From an uncultured Alphaproteobacteria bacterium (GTDB taxonomy: Bacteria; Pseudomonadota; Alphaproteobacteria; RF32; CAG-239): 64,000 bases of DNA. Position numbers and translations under genes: made by a program. A model generated the notes under the pieces. The model saw only the letters and a program-made list of their open reading frames with translations. It had not been told where the DNA came from and searched no databases. Every line of letters begins with the position of its first letter. Within the stretch, counting starts at the first letter, position 1. Location: assembly GCA_944391485.1 (NCBI GenBank), contig CALXTQ010000014.1, positions 679-64,678 of the forward strand. Direction: 5' to 3'. This document shows positions 60,441 to 64,000 of the stretch, piece after piece.

Positions 60441-60531
60441 TGGTCGGAGAGCTGAGAAATCACATCTATAGAAATGACATTTTAGCCTTTAAGGAAATTC
60501 CTCTGAACATCCGCTAAAATCTCCCCGACCA
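60441..60531 (-). ncRNA. C4/IsrK-like structured antisense RNA (putative)
   Basis: Closing stem TGGTCGGGGAG/CTCTCCGACCA, inner stem ATTTTAGC/GCTAAAAT, and segments complementary to an upstream site at 60612-60641. Confidence 0.6.
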
Positions 60532-60802
60532 TTTATAATCTGTCGGGTTTTACACATAAGCCTCTAGCATAAGTATTTAAAGGTTTGTGCTTTCGGTGAA
60601 ACTTGCCACCGCCATAGATTAAAGGCTTCTCAGGGCCCCGATTCTTTTACAAGAACCTTGAAAGCTGTGTCTTAAAACAGCCTTCTTTGTGTAAGATATA
60701 CGAAATTTAAAATTTTGCAAAAATTATTTAGCAATGCACAGCCGCTTTGCGCGGGAATCAAGTTCCCGTCCCGAGGGAGAAAGATTAGAACATGTTAATA
60801 TG

Positions 60803-61966
60803 TTACTTGCCGGAGCCTTTTGCCGGCACGGCAGCCTTACGCAGATTATCGTCAACATAATGACGGACAGTCCGGCCAAATGTCTGGTTAATGTAATTGG
60901 TGAGCTCCGTCGGATGTTCCGCATATTTTTCCGCTTCAGCCTGCGCCTGCAGCAGCTCGTCTATTTTCATAACCTTTTCTAGAGCGTCGCGCTTTTCGGC
61001 GGCTTTGGGCGCTCCCCGAACCGCCGCAATGTTGAACAGAACATGCGCCCGGTAAATGTCTTTCGGAAAGGCGCTACCGGTTGCCAGGATATCACCTAGC
61101 TGCGTCATGGCCTCGACATGCCCCTGATTAATGGCCATTTTCAGAAAACGCACCGCGTTGCCATAGTTTTTGGTAATGCCGTCGCCATTCAGATACATCA
61201 GCGCCAGTACATATTCGGCATCGTCATAATGAACATTCGCCGCCTCGCGAATCAGAGATACGGCTTTCTTATAGTCTTTGGGAACAACAAACCCTTTATA
61301 ATAGGCATAGCCGAGCATGAATTTGGCGGTCGGATTGTCTTTTCTGGCGGCTTGCTTAAACAGCTCCATAGCTGCCCGGCTGTTTTTTCCGACATTCTCG
61401 CCGCTCAGATAAATAAACGCCAGATTAACGGACGCCTCGACATTTCCGAGCTTGGCTGCGCGGTCAAACATGGCGGCAGCTTTCAGATAATTTTTTTCCG
61501 TGCCGATACCGCTGTAATACAGGCTCCCCACATTATTGACGGCGATGCTGTCATTCTGGGCCGCAGCCATGGAATAATAGCGAAAGGCCTTTTCATAATC
61601 TTTGGAAACGCCGTTTTCACCATAAAGGTACATATATCCCAAAGTCAGCTGGGAGTTGACATCGCCTTCTTCCGCCTGACGGGTAACCCGCTCGACAAAA
61701 CTTTCCTTTCCCTCATTGGGGCGCGCTTTTACTTTCGGCGCTTCTTTCTTTTTGCCAAAACTGAAATTCATGAATGAGAAAATGCCTTTATCCTCATCCT
61801 CTTTGTCCGCCGAGACACTTTCTTTCTCCTCTTTCAGAGAATCTACGGCATCCATGAGCGTCAGTTCCTGCTTATTATCGTTCTGTCCGATATCAAGCTG
61901 CGGCTGCGCCGCGGCGGCAGAAACGCTTCCCAGCAAAAATAAAAACACCCACATATATTTCCGCAT
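60803..61966 (-). CDS. Sel1-repeat secreted protein
   Basis: Signal peptide and about six LGxMYxxGxGVxKDYxKA repeats. Confidence 0.93.
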   Translation of the reverse strand: MRKYMWVFLFLLGSVSAAAAQPQLDIGQNDNKQELTLMDAVDSLKEEKESVSADKEDEDKGIFSFMNFSFGKKKEAPKVKARPNEGKESFVERVTRQAEEGDVNSQLTLGYMYLYGENGVSKDYEKAFRYYSMAAAQNDSIAVNNVGSLYYSGIGTEKNYLKAAAMFDRAAKLGNVEASVNLAFIYLSGENVGKNSRAAMELFKQAARKDNPTAKFMLGYAYYKGFVVPKDYKKAVSLIREAANVHYDDAEYVLALMYLNGDGITKNYGNAVRFLKMAINQGHVEAMTQLGDILATGSAFPKDIYRAHVLFNIAAVRGAPKAAEKRDALEKVMKIDELLQAQAEAEKYAEHPTELTNYINQTFGRTVRHYVDDNLRKAAVPAKGSGK

Positions 61967-61993
61967 TTTATCTTTCTCCCGACGGATTATTAC

Positions 61994-63676
61994 CTAACGG
62001 CCCGACCTGGTGGCCTTTAACCTCTGCTTTCTATAATATAAGGCAATCTCGCGTTTCGTCAAACGCTTTTCATCGCCGGTGCGCTTTCCTTTTTTCTGTC
62101 CGGCAGCCTCAGCAACGGCCCGATCGTAGTCCTGCCAGTAATTTCCAGCATAATTGTCCTTGTAGATATTTTTGTTCATCAGATCGCGGAACTTTTTGGC
62201 CTTGCCGTATCCATCCCAGTTTTTCCGGTCGGCCGCCGGATTGTATCTGGTTCCGGGAACCGCATTCAGCAGCGACGAATCTTTTTGCAATTTTTCATCC
62301 GCGTAATACTGCCTTATCTTATGATATTTTTTGGCAATAAACGGCGCATAGCGGCGCGAAATTTCATACAGGCTGCCGATGTCGAAACCGTTGTCGGAAG
62401 CCGCCGCCCTGTTCAGCGGATCTTCCGGAGAAAACTCCTTGTCTAGATCCAGAATCTTAAACGGACGAACCATATAGTCTTTTTTTATCAAATTCCGGCA
62501 AATTTCATAGGTATCGTCCGGATAATCGGCCGGAATCCGCAGCGCCTTGAAATCTTCCTCTATCCAGCGAACCTTGTCCAGAACCTGCATGTTATATTCA
62601 TGAATGGCTTTTTTGTTTGTTTTTTGCATGCCAAGTTTTTTGATGTCAATAAAAGCCTCTATCTGCCGGATCTCTTCTGGAGACATTTTATCCCGATTTT
62701 CGGCCAGATATTCTTCCCGAACCCTGATCTGCTCGTAATCATGATGCGTCAGCAAATCCGCCTTATAATACAACATATGAATTTTTATCTGCGCTTCGGC
62801 GCTGAGGGTGTCCGTTTTAATCTGATCTCCGTCCATACCCGCATTGACTTTCAGGTGCAGAAACATTTTGACATCATAATAACTTTTTTTGTTTTTCCGG
62901 TATCTTTCCTCATTTCCTTCTTTTTCCATATCCAGCTCATAAAAAGAAGTGCGGGTTTCCTCATCATTGATATTCAGGCGTTTACAGGCCCTGAAATCCT
63001 GCATTGTTTCTTCTACACCGGAATAATATTTGCGGGTAACGGTCAGGCGCAGAATATCGTTAACGCGCTCATGCGGCTTTTTAACAGCGGCAATCTCTCG
63101 TTCGTAGCGCTCCCTGTCTCCGTGGCGAAGATAATCTTCCCGAATCTTTTGCAGATCTTCCTCGTAGTCCACACGGTAACTTATTATTTTCTGAATTGCC
63201 CGTTTCGGTTTTTTCATCACGGGCAGAATTATATAAACGCCGTTATTTTCCGAATCACGATATTCGACGCGCATGCAGGTAAAAGGCGTTACATCCTTAA
63301 ACCGGTATTCACTCTCAACCGTTTTGCGGCGTTTTTTTCCGGTCCGTTTATCCGTATATGTTCTAATATGGGTCTCAACCTCTCCGGTTTCGGGATTTAT
63401 GCAGACAATCCGCTCCGGATGGCCAAAGGTTTCGTACATACCACGGTAAACCTCCCGATAGGATGCCATCCCGTCACGGTAATATTTCAGCAGGTAATCC
63501 CGTTCTTCTTCATTTATCAGGCTTTTGTAATAGGCCTCATAAATTTCCTGAATATTACGGCTGTCTTTTTTTCTTTGGATTTCGCAAATCTGTTCTTCCG
63601 ATAATCTGCGGATGTCTTTTGCCGTTATAACGGTATCTTCGTCGAAAAAATTTTTATCCATGGCTGTGTTACCCAT
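61994..63676 (-). CDS. Hypothetical protein with a RelA/SpoT-like nucleotidyltransferase domain
   Basis: Ordered motifs MKKPKRAIQK, NDILRLTV, SYYDVKM, AEAQIK, THHDYE. Confidence 0.65.
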   Translation of the reverse strand: MGNTAMDKNFFDEDTVITAKDIRRLSEEQICEIQRKKDSRNIQEIYEAYYKSLINEEERDYLLKYYRDGMASYREVYRGMYETFGHPERIVCINPETGEVETHIRTYTDKRTGKKRRKTVESEYRFKDVTPFTCMRVEYRDSENNGVYIILPVMKKPKRAIQKIISYRVDYEEDLQKIREDYLRHGDRERYEREIAAVKKPHERVNDILRLTVTRKYYSGVEETMQDFRACKRLNINDEETRTSFYELDMEKEGNEERYRKNKKSYYDVKMFLHLKVNAGMDGDQIKTDTLSAEAQIKIHMLYYKADLLTHHDYEQIRVREEYLAENRDKMSPEEIRQIEAFIDIKKLGMQKTNKKAIHEYNMQVLDKVRWIEEDFKALRIPADYPDDTYEICRNLIKKDYMVRPFKILDLDKEFSPEDPLNRAAASDNGFDIGSLYEISRRYAPFIAKKYHKIRQYYADEKLQKDSSLLNAVPGTRYNPAADRKNWDGYGKAKKFRDLMNKNIYKDNYAGNYWQDYDRAVAEAAGQKKGKRTGDEKRLTKREIALYYRKQRLKATRSGR

Positions 63677-63691
63677 CTTTCTTTAAGCCGT

Positions 63692-63722
63692 AAAAAAAGG
63701 GCGGTGATTTTCATCGCCGCCC
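63692..63722 (-). terminator. Terminator after flagellin
   Basis: GGCGATGA/TCACCGCC hairpin plus U7 on the minus strand. Confidence 0.75.
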
Positions 63723-63739
63723 CCAGTTATCTGTCTTGA

Positions 63740-64000
63740 TTAGAACAAGCTCAAGACTGACTGCGCGGCCTGAGAAGCCAGGCTCAGCGAATTAATCGCA
63801 AGCTGCTGTCTTGTCTGCAGCGCAAGCATGTTCGCAGACTCTTCGTTCATGTCCGCAAGCGTCAGTTTGTCCGCTCCTTCTTCCAGAACGTTGATCAGGT
63901 TCTCCGTGAAGTCTTCGCGGTTCTGGACTACAGAGTAGTTGTTACCGAACTCGGACGCATAGTTGCGAAGTTTGGATATCGCTCCGTCTACCGCCGTAAT
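63740..64000 (-). CDS. Flagellin C-terminus (5' part outside the window)
   Basis: Not in the ORF track. Reads ...GADKLTLADMNEESANMLALQTRQQLAINSLSLASQAAQSVLSLF followed by a stop. Confidence 0.95.
   Translation of the reverse strand: MTAVDGAISKLRNYASEFGNNYSVVQNREDFTENLINVLEEGADKLTLADMNEESANMLALQTRQQLAINSLSLASQAAQSVLSLF

Noticed and set aside
59443-61966. Prophage or integrated element around the XRE gene
   Set aside because: No integrase, att repeats, structural or replication genes are visible.
62600-63604. 334-aa plus-strand ORF
   Set aside because: Antisense shadow of the Lys/Glu-rich 560-aa gene.

Overview
Chromosomal window from an alphaproteobacterium. The gene set (fliX, flbD, flaF, fzlA, DUF1013/TrcR, one-Cys DksA, flhF/flhG) suggests a Rhodospirillales-like lineage, possibly an uncultured gut group; this assignment is an inference. 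It contains recN-bamD-lpxC directly downstream of RNase P RNA, a truncated dcw cluster (mraZ-rsmH-ftsL-ftsI), yacG/rng/maf/dksA/fliX with a pilin-like gene, dapE, two GNATs, rpmE, suhB/efp, zapA-6S RNA, a large flagellar cluster (flaF, fliK-flgD-flgE, fliF-fliG-fliH-fliN-flbD-flhA-flhF-flhG plus two coupled extra genes), fzlA, an RND efflux operon, a GT4 gene, thrS, a Cys-rich surface protein, an XRE regulator, a Sel1 protein and the 3' end of a flagellin. No IS, prophage, tRNA or CRISPR array is seen. The best leads are: (1) a promoter, Arg-rich leader peptide, antiterminator and terminator forming an apparent attenuator upstream of two GNAT acetyltransferases; (2) a 560-aa RelA/SpoT-like nucleotidyltransferase between flagellin and a Sel1 protein; (3) a phage C4/IsrK-like antisense RNA leader upstream of an XRE regulator; (4) stacked LexA-, CtrA- and MraZ-type sites upstream of mraZ; (5) apparent pseudo-enzymes (SuhB and a class III cyclase); (6) a single CRISPR-like repeat. 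All calls come from reading the sequence by eye; no searches were run.
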